61,584 nt of DNA from a virus (Duplodnaviria > Caudoviricetes), in the IMG/VR virus record IMGVR_UViG_3300025120_013662, positions 1-61,584 of that record; one strand, written 5' to 3'. The notes below the pieces were generated by a model, which saw only the letters and a list, made by a program, of their open reading frames with translations, was not told the origin of the DNA and searched no databases. Shown here piece by piece: positions 10,615-19,578 of this stretch. The number at the start of each line of letters is the position of its first letter. The stretch's first letter is position 1. The translations under genes and the position numbers were made by a program.

Positions 10615-11170
10615 CAAACTGGTGAAACTTAACATTGGCTCCGGCGATAAGAAAATGTATGGCTTTGTAAATGTTGATCTCAGAAAAGAGACAGAGCCAG
10701 ATGTTATATGTGATGTAACGAAGATTCATGAAAAGTTTGAAGATGTAGACCTTATATATGCTTGCCACGTTTTAGAGCATTTCCCAAAAAAATCATCCAC
10801 TCATTTTAAAAATACTTGGTCTGAAGCTCTTAAGAGTTGGTTTGACTCCTTAAAGCCCGGTGGAATATTGAGGATAGCCATCCCTGATTTCCGAGCAGTA
10901 TGTGAACAATATCTAATAGATGGCAATTTAGAAAATATACATTGTCTTCTATATGGTGGACAAAAATACGATTTTGATTTCCACTTCCACTGTTGGGATT
11001 TTGAAGAGATCGAGAAAGATCTGCAAAAGATTGGTTTCAAGACAGTTAGAAGGTATGACTGGAGAAAAACAGAGCATTCGCACGTAGATGACTACAGTCA
11101 GGCATATCTTCCACATATGGACAAAACTAACGGTAAACTTATGAGTTTAAATGTGGAGGCCATAAAATGA
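10604..11170 (+). CDS. Class I SAM-dependent methyltransferase-like protein (Methyltransf_11-type)
   Basis: LNIGSG, NVD, HVLEH, LKPGGILRIAIPD, SLNVEAIK. Confidence 0.85.
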   Translation: MSDNKLVKLNIGSGDKKMYGFVNVDLRKETEPDVICDVTKIHEKFEDVDLIYACHVLEHFPKKSSTHFKNTWSEALKSWFDSLKPGGILRIAIPDFRAVCEQYLIDGNLENIHCLLYGGQKYDFDFHFHCWDFEEIEKDLQKIGFKTVRRYDWRKTEHSHVDDYSQAYLPHMDKTNGKLMSLNVEAIK

Positions 11171-11952
11171 AGATAGGTATTATTGGGCTTGGAGTTGTGG
11201 GCAATGCTTGTAAGTTTGGTTTTGAGAAAAACGGACATAACGTAAAAGTTCACGATATAAAATTAAATACTTCTATTTCTGATGTACTAGCTACTGAAAT
11301 TGTTTTTATATGTGTTCCAACACCAGAATCTAGAGATGGAAGCTGTGACACTTCTATAGTTGAGAGCGTAATCTCTGAATTACACAGTGTCAGTTATAAA
11401 GGACACATTGCTATCAAATCAACAGTAGCGCCGGGAACAACAGACAAACTATCAACCCTATTGGGCACACAAGTTAGTTTCGTCCCGGAATTCCTAAGAG
11501 AAAGATGTGCAATTACCGATTTTACAGAACATCACGATGTCTGTATGATTGGAACACACAGTGACGATGCGTATAAGAAGATAAAAGAAGCTCACGGTAG
11601 GCTGCCAGATAAGTTTGTTAGATTAACTCCAGCCGAAGCAGAGTTTTCCAAGTATTTTAATAATGTGTATAATGCTACCCTAGTTGTTTTTGCTAATAGT
11701 TTTTATGAAGCTTGCAAGGCTAGCGGTGTAAATTATGCAAACATAAAAAACGCAGTGGTGCAGAGAAAACACATCTCTGATAATTATCTAGAATGCAATG
11801 ACAATTTCAGAGGATTTGGTGGTATGTGTCTGCCAAAAGATACGGCTGCGCTGGCAAAGATCTGTAAAGACTTGCCAGTTAGATTTTTTGACAGCCTGTT
11901 AGAAGAAAACAGAAAATACAAAACAACAGTTTTTGATGGTATGAGGGAATAA
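11167..11952 (+). CDS. ugd: UDP-glucose/GDP-mannose dehydrogenase family protein lacking the C-terminal UDP-binding domain
   Basis: GLGVVG, ICVPTP, IKSTVAPGTT, PEFLRE, EFSKYFNN, GFGGMCLPKD (catalytic Cys). Only 261 aa. Confidence 0.85.
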   Translation: MKIGIIGLGVVGNACKFGFEKNGHNVKVHDIKLNTSISDVLATEIVFICVPTPESRDGSCDTSIVESVISELHSVSYKGHIAIKSTVAPGTTDKLSTLLGTQVSFVPEFLRERCAITDFTEHHDVCMIGTHSDDAYKKIKEAHGRLPDKFVRLTPAEAEFSKYFNNVYNATLVVFANSFYEACKASGVNYANIKNAVVQRKHISDNYLECNDNFRGFGGMCLPKDTAALAKICKDLPVRFFDSLLEENRKYKTTVFDGMRE

Positions 11953-11954
11953 TA

Positions 11955-12980
11955 ATGAAGAAAAAGATTTTAATCACAGGAAGTCAGGGATTTATCGGAT
12001 CATATTTGTGTTCTGAGTTACTGGAGAAGGGTTATAGTATTATAGGAATTGATAATTTCTCAAAATATGGCCCGGTCACTAGACCTCACGATAACCATCC
12101 AGATTTTCATTTATTGGAGATGGATGTTCTTGATGTTGACACTAAAAACCCACCATCTGAAATGCTTGATGTCGAGTATATCATCGCCGCTGCTGCTATG
12201 ATTGGCGGTATTAGTTATTTTCATAAGTATGCTTATGATTTATTGGCTACAAACGAAAGAATAATGGCAAATACTTTTGATCTTGCGATCAATCTTAATA
12301 AGAATCATAACCTAAAAAGAATTCTAGTGCTATCAAGTAGTATGGTATATGAGTCCACAGATCTATATCCAACTCCTGAGGAAGAAATTGAAAGATGTCC
12401 ACCTCCATATAGCACTTACGGATTTCAAAAACTGGCAACAGAATATTTTTGTAAAGGTGCTTATGAGCAGTATGGTGTTCCTTATAGTATTATTAGACCT
12501 TTTAATTGTGTAGGCGTTGGAGAAGAAGAGGCTATTGGCGAGGATAAGATTAAAAGCGGAAACATTAATTTAATGCTGAGCCATGTTCTTCCAGATATAA
12601 TTAATAAGATATTAAAGGGTCAAAGTCCATTGCACATTCTTGGCGATGGTAGACAAGTTAGGTGTTACACTAACGGTAAGGACATCGCTAGGGGTATTCG
12701 CCTTTGTTTGGAGAGTCCGGCAGCCGAGAATGAAGATTTCAATATTTCAACCTCTAGGGCAACAACTGTTTTAGAACTGGCAGAAATAGTGTGGAATCTT
12801 GTTAACAAAGAAGAGGAATTTTCATATACTAGTGATGAGCCTTATGAATATGATGTTCAAAAAAGAATTCCCGATGTTTCGAAAGCAAAGAATATTTTGG
12901 GATTTGAGGCGCAAATATCTTTAGAAGATTCGGTTAACGAAGTTTTAGAATATATGGTGAACAAAAATAATGAAGCCTGA
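11955..12980 (+). CDS. Extended SDR, UDP-glucuronate decarboxylase-like (UDP-xylose/apiose synthase or ArnA decarboxylase type)
   Basis: TGSQGFIG, SSSMVY, YGFQK, IRPFNCVG, GDGRQVRCYT, KRIPDVSKAK. Lies immediately after ugd. Confidence 0.75.
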   Translation: MKKKILITGSQGFIGSYLCSELLEKGYSIIGIDNFSKYGPVTRPHDNHPDFHLLEMDVLDVDTKNPPSEMLDVEYIIAAAAMIGGISYFHKYAYDLLATNERIMANTFDLAINLNKNHNLKRILVLSSSMVYESTDLYPTPEEEIERCPPPYSTYGFQKLATEYFCKGAYEQYGVPYSIIRPFNCVGVGEEEAIGEDKIKSGNINLMLSHVLPDIINKILKGQSPLHILGDGRQVRCYTNGKDIARGIRLCLESPAAENEDFNISTSRATTVLELAEIVWNLVNKEEEFSYTSDEPYEYDVQKRIPDVSKAKNILGFEAQISLEDSVNEVLEYMVNKNNEA

Positions 12981-13764
12981 ATTATCGATAATATTACCCA
13001 GTATCCGAACTGAAAGATTAGAAAGTCTTTACGAATCTATTTTAAAGTCAACTAAAAGAACTTTTGAATTAATTATTTGCGGACCTAATCAGTTACCTGA
13101 ATCTCTAAAAGATCTTAAGAATATTAAATTTGTAAAAGATTACGGATCACCTGTTAGAGCTTCTAATATTGCTGCATCTCTTTGCGAGGGCAAGATATAT
13201 ACTTGGTTCGCAGATGATTGTATATTATTTGAGGATTCATTAGATAAGTGCATTGACCAATTTGAATTATTAGGCAGCGACCCTTCAAATGTGTTGGTGG
13301 CCAAGTATTATGAAGGACAAGAGGGCAGCACTGAAAGAGAAACGCTACAACCTGATGAATATTTTAAAATAAGATCAACTCCTGCGTCTTCTCCATACCT
13401 ACCACAAGATTGGTGGCTATTCAATATAGCATTTCTACATGCTGACTTCTTTAACTCTTTGGGGGGTTGGGATTGTTCTTATGAGGGGACTTGGGCATCA
13501 CATGCAGATATGGCAATACGTGCTCAATTTATGGGTGCAAAAGTAACGATGGCTCAGGTTCCTCTGTTTACTTGTGATCATATGCCCGGAGGCACAGGAG
13601 ATCATATGCCAATATTTATATGCCAACATCAACATGATGAACCATTGTTGCATCAGAGATATAGAGATCCTAATTGGACTTCAAATATTAACTCTCGTTT
13701 AGCAATGGATAATTGGAAAAAAGCCCCCACAGTGTGGGAGAGGAGATTTAAAAATGACAGCTAG
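12970..13764 (+). CDS. GT-A/GT2-like glycosyltransferase, paralog 2 of 3
   Basis: LSIILPSIR, ELIICGP, ADDC, LGGWDCSYE, DMAIRAQ, VWERRF. Confidence 0.78.
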   Translation: MKPELSIILPSIRTERLESLYESILKSTKRTFELIICGPNQLPESLKDLKNIKFVKDYGSPVRASNIAASLCEGKIYTWFADDCILFEDSLDKCIDQFELLGSDPSNVLVAKYYEGQEGSTERETLQPDEYFKIRSTPASSPYLPQDWWLFNIAFLHADFFNSLGGWDCSYEGTWASHADMAIRAQFMGAKVTMAQVPLFTCDHMPGGTGDHMPIFICQHQHDEPLLHQRYRDPNWTSNINSRLAMDNWKKAPTVWERRFKNDS

Positions 13765-14530
13765 GTATGACGTTTCTATATGTATGCCAGCCCACAGATC
13801 TCAAATGTGGGAATCAATGTATTCTTCCCTTGCCGCCTCAGCCGCTCCATATACTTGGGAATTGGTGATCGTTGGCCCGAACTACCCATCAGCAGAGTTG
13901 ATGAGTAAATCAAATTTTAAATTTTTAAAAGATTTCGGAACTCCAACTCGATGTGCTCAAATGGCAACCCTCTTGGCTGAGGGTGAATTTATGATGTGGG
14001 GTTCAGATGATGGAAGATTTCTACCCGGAGCGATCAAGGAGTGTATCGATCTTCGTAAGACTCTGAAAAAAGAAGACGTTGTTGTTGTAAGATATTCTGA
14101 GGGAGAAAATTATTCTGGAAAGATGCCCCCAGATGATTACTGGAAAGCTTGGACACACCCTGACCAAAGATTGCCCGGTATTCCAGAAGATTCAATGATA
14201 GCACCTGTGGGTATGTATAGTACAGATTTTTTTAGGTACCTTGGTGGTTGGGATTGCAGGTTTGAACATTTAAATATGTGCTGTCACGATCTTGCCTTCC
14301 GAGCGCAGAGAGTGGGCGGAAAAGTATATCTTTCTCCCAGTTTGGTATTAGAGTGTGATTGGAATCCGGGTCAAGGAGACCACATTCCAGTCCAAGAAGC
14401 TTACCACGCAAATGATGCACCGTTGTTTGCTTCAATCTATTCTCAGGATCAGTCAGGTAGGATTCAATTGCCATATGATAACTGGACACTTAGCCCACCA
14501 GTCTGGGAAAGAAGGTTTAGAAATCGATGA
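13754..14530 (+). CDS. GT-A/GT2-like glycosyltransferase, paralog 3 of 3
   Basis: VSICMPAHR, ELVIVGP, SDDG, LGGWDCRFE, DLAFRAQ, VWERRF. Confidence 0.78.
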   Translation: MTARYDVSICMPAHRSQMWESMYSSLAASAAPYTWELVIVGPNYPSAELMSKSNFKFLKDFGTPTRCAQMATLLAEGEFMMWGSDDGRFLPGAIKECIDLRKTLKKEDVVVVRYSEGENYSGKMPPDDYWKAWTHPDQRLPGIPEDSMIAPVGMYSTDFFRYLGGWDCRFEHLNMCCHDLAFRAQRVGGKVYLSPSLVLECDWNPGQGDHIPVQEAYHANDAPLFASIYSQDQSGRIQLPYDNWTLSPPVWERRFRNR

Positions 14531-15456
14531 CAAAAAGGATATTGGTTACAGGTGGAAGAGGATTAGTCGGATCGGCAATAAGGGATATATCAAGTCTATA
14601 TCCACAATACGATTTTATATTCACACACAGAGAGGAATATGATCTCACAAAAGAATCACACATTGATAAATTGTTTTTAAAGAAAAAGCCAGATTATGTA
14701 ATTCATACCGCTGCCCGAGTTGGCGGTATTGGAAAGAACTTAAACACTCCGGCACAACAATATTTTGACAATATATTAATGAATACATATATGATACACT
14801 ATGCTCATGAGCACAATGTAGAAAAATTGATAGCTTTTTCATCTGTGTGTGCTTTCCCTGCTGACAGTGAGATTTTAAAAGAAGAATCATTACACGACGG
14901 CGCTCCTTTCGAAGCCCACGGATCATATGCCTATTCTAAGAGGATGGTAGATGTTCAAATTGAAGCCTATCGGAAACAATATAACAGACAGTATTGTTCC
15001 GTAATTCCCGGAAACATTTTTGGTGAAAACGATAACTTTAATCTTGAAGATGGACATGTTGTTCCAAGTTTAATCCATAAGGGTTATTTGGCAAAGCAAA
15101 ATAATACGTCTTTAGAGGTTTGGGGTGATGGAACACCAACAAGGGAATTTTTATATGCTCAAGATGTTGCTAGAGCCTGTGTAGAGCTATTTGAAAAAGA
15201 ATCTCTACCACAAAAAATAATTGTTTCTGGAGATCAAGAGATAACAATCAAATCCTTGATAGAGAGAATATCTCAGGTATATGGATTGGACAATATAAAG
15301 TGGTTAACAGATAAGCCAAACGGGCAGATGAAGAGGCCATCTAGTAAAGAAATACTGAAAAAAACACTTCCTAATTTACAATTTACCGATATTGATGTAG
15401 CATTAGAAAACACAATCAGGTGGTTTGAAAAGAATTATCCGGAAGTTAGAAAATGA
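14527..15456 (+). CDS. fcl: GDP-L-fucose synthase / ColC-like GDP-4-keto-sugar epimerase-reductase
   Basis: TGGRGLVGSAI, HTAARVGGI, SSVCAFP, YAYSKR, PGNIFGENDNF, GHVVPSLI, WGDGTPTREFLY. Confidence 0.9.
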   Translation: MTKRILVTGGRGLVGSAIRDISSLYPQYDFIFTHREEYDLTKESHIDKLFLKKKPDYVIHTAARVGGIGKNLNTPAQQYFDNILMNTYMIHYAHEHNVEKLIAFSSVCAFPADSEILKEESLHDGAPFEAHGSYAYSKRMVDVQIEAYRKQYNRQYCSVIPGNIFGENDNFNLEDGHVVPSLIHKGYLAKQNNTSLEVWGDGTPTREFLYAQDVARACVELFEKESLPQKIIVSGDQEITIKSLIERISQVYGLDNIKWLTDKPNGQMKRPSSKEILKKTLPNLQFTDIDVALENTIRWFEKNYPEVRK

Positions 15457-16424
15457 AAAAAGCATTAATCACGGGGATAAATGGACAAGACGGATCTTAT
15501 TTGGCGGAACTTCTTCTGAATAAGGGGTATGAAGTTCACGGAACTTTAAAAAGAAATTCAATACCAGAAAATCAAACAGCCAGAATTGAACACCTTTACC
15601 CTATAATAAAGAATAATCTTTATCATGCTGATATGTGTGATATGTCTTCCCTACTTAATGTCATTCTCAAAGTAAACCCAGATGAAATTTATAATCTAGC
15701 CGCTCAAAGCCACGTAAAAGTTAGTTTTGATCAGCCAATATACACAACTGATACGATTGTAAAGGGAACTCTAAATCTTTTAGAAATAATAAGACTGGTT
15801 AATCAGGACATTAAATTATATCAAGCAAGTAGTTCGGAAATGTTTGGTAATTCTATTGACAGCGATGGATACCAAAGGGAAACTACACCAATGATTCCAG
15901 TAAGTCCATATGCGTGCGCTAAAATGTGTGCATATAATCTTGTTGGTTGCTATAGAAATTCATACGATATTTTTGGTTCAAATGGAATTTTATTTAATCA
16001 TGAATCGCCTCGCAGGGGAACTAGCTTTGTGACCAATAAGGTGGTTATGGGCGCAGTTAAGATCAAAAAAGGATTACAAGACAAATTAACTCTAGGAAAT
16101 CTTGATAGCACAAGAGACTGGGGCCACGCCAAAGACTATGTTAAAATAATGTGGCAACTTTTGCAGCTTGACCACTCTGATGATTACGTCTGCTCCACAG
16201 GAATTTCACATAGCGTTAGAGAATTGTGCGATTATACATTCTCTCAGCTAGGTATGAATTATTTAGATTATGTTGAACAAGACCAAAAGTTTATGAGACC
16301 TTTAGAATTAAATCATTTAAAAGGAAGCACGGGTAAACTAAAAGAAGTTATTGATGTACAATTTGAATATACATTCGAATCTATGTTAGATGAGATGATC
16401 GAATACTGGTCAGATAAACTATAA
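15453..16424 (+). CDS. gmd: GDP-mannose 4,6-dehydratase
   Basis: ITGINGQDGSYLAE, YNLAAQSHVKVSF, QASSSEMFG, SPYACAK, GILFNHESPRRG, RDWGHAKDYV. Confidence 0.96.
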   Translation: MKKALITGINGQDGSYLAELLLNKGYEVHGTLKRNSIPENQTARIEHLYPIIKNNLYHADMCDMSSLLNVILKVNPDEIYNLAAQSHVKVSFDQPIYTTDTIVKGTLNLLEIIRLVNQDIKLYQASSSEMFGNSIDSDGYQRETTPMIPVSPYACAKMCAYNLVGCYRNSYDIFGSNGILFNHESPRRGTSFVTNKVVMGAVKIKKGLQDKLTLGNLDSTRDWGHAKDYVKIMWQLLQLDHSDDYVCSTGISHSVRELCDYTFSQLGMNYLDYVEQDQKFMRPLELNHLKGSTGKLKEVIDVQFEYTFESMLDEMIEYWSDKL

Positions 16425-16439
16425 CCAAACGGAGTAAAC

Positions 16440-17600
16440 GTGAATATTAAGTACCCACTTGCAAAAGAAACTATTAACGAAGAAGACATTGATGCGTTGT
16501 GTCAGTGGTTAAAGGGATATCCTCGCCTTACCAAGGGAGATCTTACTTGGGAAGTAGAAGATGCTTGGGCTAATTTTATTGGAACTAAAAGAGCAGTGTT
16601 CAATAATTCAGGATCATCAGCTAATTTGCTTATGGTATATACCGCAATGATGGCAGGAAGAATTAAGAACAAAAAGATCGCTGTTCCGGCAGTGGGCTGG
16701 GTAACGACGATATCTCCGGCAATTCAACTGGGGCTACAGCCTATTATGGTTGGAACCGATCCAAACACTTATGGAATGGATTTAGACCAACTAGAGAGAA
16801 TTTGTGAAGAGGATAGGCCAGATGCTGTTATCTTTGTGCAGGTTCTTGGTGTACCTCATTACAAAGAAAGACTTTTAAGTCTTAAAGAGAAGTATGGCTT
16901 TTGCCTACTTGAAGATTCTTGCGCTGCTTTAGGCGCAGCATACAAAGACGGAACCAGAGTTGGATCTATTGGTGATATGGCTTCTTTCTCTTTTTACTTT
17001 GGACATCAGCTATCGACAATCGAAGGCGGAATGGTGAACACCGACGACGAAGAACTATATGAAATGTTGTTGATGCTCAGGAGCCACGGATGGGGCAAAG
17101 ATTTAAATGAGGAAGCATACTCTAAACTTATGGACGATCATGATGTTGATGATTTTCATAAGCCATTCACCTTTTTTGTTCCCGGATTTAACCTTAGAGC
17201 AACGGATCTTCAGGCTTTTCTAGGTCTTCGACAAATTAAAAAAGCAGAATGGGTTTCTAAGCGAAGAAATGAAAATCACCTTCACTATGCGAAGAACCTC
17301 GAAGGTCACTTTGAGTTTCAAGACTGGGGGGACACTGTCCCGGTATCAATCTCTTTTGGCGCTCTAGCCACTAGTACGGAACATAGAAAAGAGATTGTAA
17401 ATAGACTAGTTGAGAATGGAATTGAGACAAGAGTCTTTGCTGCTGGCAATTTAGGTCTTCATCCGTTTTGGGTTGAGAGATACGGAGAGTTTCACGATCC
17501 AATGAGCGACAGAATTCACTCAACAGGATTCTTTGTGCCCAATTACCCAGAGATGAGTTTCGAGGACATCGACTTTATCTGTGATGTGATCAAGGGATAA
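16440..17600 (+). CDS. colD: DegT/DnrJ-family PLP enzyme of the ColD type (GDP-4-keto-6-deoxymannose 3-dehydratase-like)
   Basis: NSGSSANLL, LLEDSC, SFYFGHQLSTIEGG with His at the usual Schiff-base Lys position, LRSHGW, PGFNLR. Confidence 0.72.
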   Translation: MNIKYPLAKETINEEDIDALCQWLKGYPRLTKGDLTWEVEDAWANFIGTKRAVFNNSGSSANLLMVYTAMMAGRIKNKKIAVPAVGWVTTISPAIQLGLQPIMVGTDPNTYGMDLDQLERICEEDRPDAVIFVQVLGVPHYKERLLSLKEKYGFCLLEDSCAALGAAYKDGTRVGSIGDMASFSFYFGHQLSTIEGGMVNTDDEELYEMLLMLRSHGWGKDLNEEAYSKLMDDHDVDDFHKPFTFFVPGFNLRATDLQAFLGLRQIKKAEWVSKRRNENHLHYAKNLEGHFEFQDWGDTVPVSISFGALATSTEHRKEIVNRLVENGIETRVFAAGNLGLHPFWVERYGEFHDPMSDRIHSTGFFVPNYPEMSFEDIDFICDVIKG

Positions 17601-18346
17601 TGAAGATACTTGTTATTGGGGAGAGTTGCAATGATATTTTTATCTATGGAGCTTGTGACAGATTAGCCCCTGCTGCTCCTGTGCCAGTTTTTCGAAAAGA
17701 GCCGCATCTAAATGATATGAAAATATCAACTGGTGGTATGGCAATGAATGTATATAATAACATATCATCCTTCGGTGACAATGTAGAAATTATTACTAAT
17801 AAAAATTGGGAAGATATTTCAAAAAAAAGATATGTTGACTATAGGACAAATTATATAGTTTTAAGAGTGGATACAGGTGACCACGCATATGGAAGTGTTG
17901 ATCTGGACTCAATTAACTTTGATGATTATGAAGCTGTAATAATATCAGACTATGATAAAGGATATCTTTCTGAAGAAGACATCGAAAAGATCTCTGAAAG
18001 CCACCCACTTACTTTCTTAGATACTAAAAAAATACTAGATGTTTGGGCAGAGAAAATTACATTCATTAAGATAAATAATTTCGAGTTTGATCGCACTAAA
18101 AATGTACTACCTCCTAATTTTGTTAATAAGATGGTGGTAACCCTAGGACCTGACGGTTGTCGGTATTTAGACAGGGTTTTCCCGGTGCCAAAAGTCGATA
18201 TAAGAGATACCTCTGGTGCTGGTGACACTTTCATTGCTGGGCTTGTTTCTTCGTACATAAAACACCGGTCTATTGAAAGAGCAATAGAGTTTGCTAATAC
18301 CTGCGCCACAAGTGTTGTCCAGAAAAAAGGAATTGGAATAGTATGA
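17600..18346 (+). CDS. PfkB/ribokinase-family sugar kinase, HldE/RfaE kinase-domain-like
   Basis: RLAPAAPVPV, GGMAMNV, IISDYDKG, VTLGPDG, DTSGAGDTFIAG. Confidence 0.85.
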   Translation: MKILVIGESCNDIFIYGACDRLAPAAPVPVFRKEPHLNDMKISTGGMAMNVYNNISSFGDNVEIITNKNWEDISKKRYVDYRTNYIVLRVDTGDHAYGSVDLDSINFDDYEAVIISDYDKGYLSEEDIEKISESHPLTFLDTKKILDVWAEKITFIKINNFEFDRTKNVLPPNFVNKMVVTLGPDGCRYLDRVFPVPKVDIRDTSGAGDTFIAGLVSSYIKHRSIERAIEFANTCATSVVQKKGIGIV

Positions 18347-18735
18347 AAAATATTTGGGTAAACGGATGTTTTGATATACTACACATAGGGCATTTAGAAA
18401 TGTTACAATTTGCTAGATCCCTTGGGGATAATCTTAGAGTAGGTATAGACTCAGATGATAAGGTTAAAATAGACAAAGGATTGAGTAGGCCTTTTAATAC
18501 ACAGCAGAATAGAAAATCTATGTTAGAGGGTTTTTCCTGTGTTGACGAAGTTGTTATTTTCAATACCCCAAAAGAACTAGAGGATATGGTTAAAGAATAT
18601 TCCCCTGAAGCAATGGTGGTAGGATCTGATTGGAGAGAAAAACCGGTTATCGGATCATCACACACTAATGAGGTTGTATATTTTGATCGCATAGGGGATC
18701 ATTCAACTACCGCTATCTTGGAGAGGCAAAAATGA
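18343..18735 (+). CDS. HIGH-family nucleotidyltransferase, HldE/RfaE-II or TagD-like
   Basis: NGCFDILHIGH, VGIDSD..V...KG..RPFN, GSDW, RIGDHSTT. Confidence 0.88.
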   Translation: MKNIWVNGCFDILHIGHLEMLQFARSLGDNLRVGIDSDDKVKIDKGLSRPFNTQQNRKSMLEGFSCVDEVVIFNTPKELEDMVKEYSPEAMVVGSDWREKPVIGSSHTNEVVYFDRIGDHSTTAILERQK

Positions 18736-19055
18736 CGACATATATCTTCGACATTGATGGAACCATATGTAACTCAAGCGGCGGTGATTACTCTACTGCA
18801 ACTCCAAAAGAAAATAGAATTAAAAAAGTAAATCAACTGTACGGCGAGGGACATACAATTATCTTCCTGACGGCTAGAGGAATGGGGCGTTTTAATAATA
18901 ACTCATTACTAGCAAACGAAGAATTTTATGACTTAACTTTGGGACAACTAAATGACTGGGGAGTTAATTATCATAAATTGTTCCTTGGTAAACCTGCCGG
19001 GGATGCTTACATAGATGACAAAGGGATAAATGATTATGACTTCTTCAAAGATTAA
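18732..19055 (+). CDS. HAD-superfamily phosphatase (capsule-biosynthesis phosphatase-like)
   Basis: FDIDGT, TARG, GKP, YIDDK. Confidence 0.85.
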   Translation: MTTYIFDIDGTICNSSGGDYSTATPKENRIKKVNQLYGEGHTIIFLTARGMGRFNNNSLLANEEFYDLTLGQLNDWGVNYHKLFLGKPAGDAYIDDKGINDYDFFKD

Positions 19056-19392
19056 ACACGTACCCAAAGGGTGGGGCTATGAAAAATGGATTGTCAACAA
19101 AGAAGAATATTGTGGAAAACTTCTTTATTTTGAAAAAGGCAAAAGATGCTCTTGGCACTACCATAAAATAAAAGATGAAGTATTTTATTTACAATCTGGC
19201 AAAATGATTGTAAAATTCGGAGAGGACGAGGACATTAATAAAGCGGAAGAGTTAGAACTACTACCCGGAATGAACTTTCACGTCTCACGAGAATTAAAAC
19301 ATCAAATGATAGCAGTAGAAGATTCCGAATTATTTGAGTTTTCTACGGAACATTTTGACTCAGACAGCTATAGAATTAAAAAAGGAGATTAA
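19036..19392 (+). CDS. Cupin protein (sugar isomerase / mannose-6-phosphate isomerase-like)
   Basis: KGWGYEKWI, SWHYHKIKDEVFY, KHQM, EFSTEHFDSDSYR. Alternative start at 19030. Confidence 0.8.
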   Translation: MTSSKIKHVPKGWGYEKWIVNKEEYCGKLLYFEKGKRCSWHYHKIKDEVFYLQSGKMIVKFGEDEDINKAEELELLPGMNFHVSRELKHQMIAVEDSELFEFSTEHFDSDSYRIKKGD

Positions 19393-19395
19393 AAA

Positions 19396-19578
19396 ATGAA
19401 ACTATCCAACCAAGCTATCGGCGCTCTTCTGATGACATTACAGAAGTGTTTAACAGAAGAAACAGATATTACAGAATTACTTTCAGAGTGGGATCTGGAT
19501 GTAAAGGATAATCAAGTTATTGTATTAAACCCCCCGGTTGTAAAAAAGACTGAACCTAATCTTTTTGAAGTGCCCTGA
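19396..19578 (+). CDS. Hypothetical protein (60 aa)
   Basis: AGGAG RBS, ATG, and translational coupling to the next gene (TGATG). Confidence 0.7.
   Translation: MKLSNQAIGALLMTLQKCLTEETDITELLSEWDLDVKDNQVIVLNPPVVKKTEPNLFEVP

Noticed and set aside
16440-17600. Perosamine synthase or other sugar aminotransferase
   Set aside because: The catalytic Lys position holds His, as in ColD/E1-type dehydratases.
603-19392. Bacterial chromosomal O-antigen or capsule locus
   Set aside because: No wzx/wzy/wzm/wzt or initiating transferase, and the run continues on the same strand into phage sigma and baseplate genes. A chimeric assembly cannot be fully excluded without reads.
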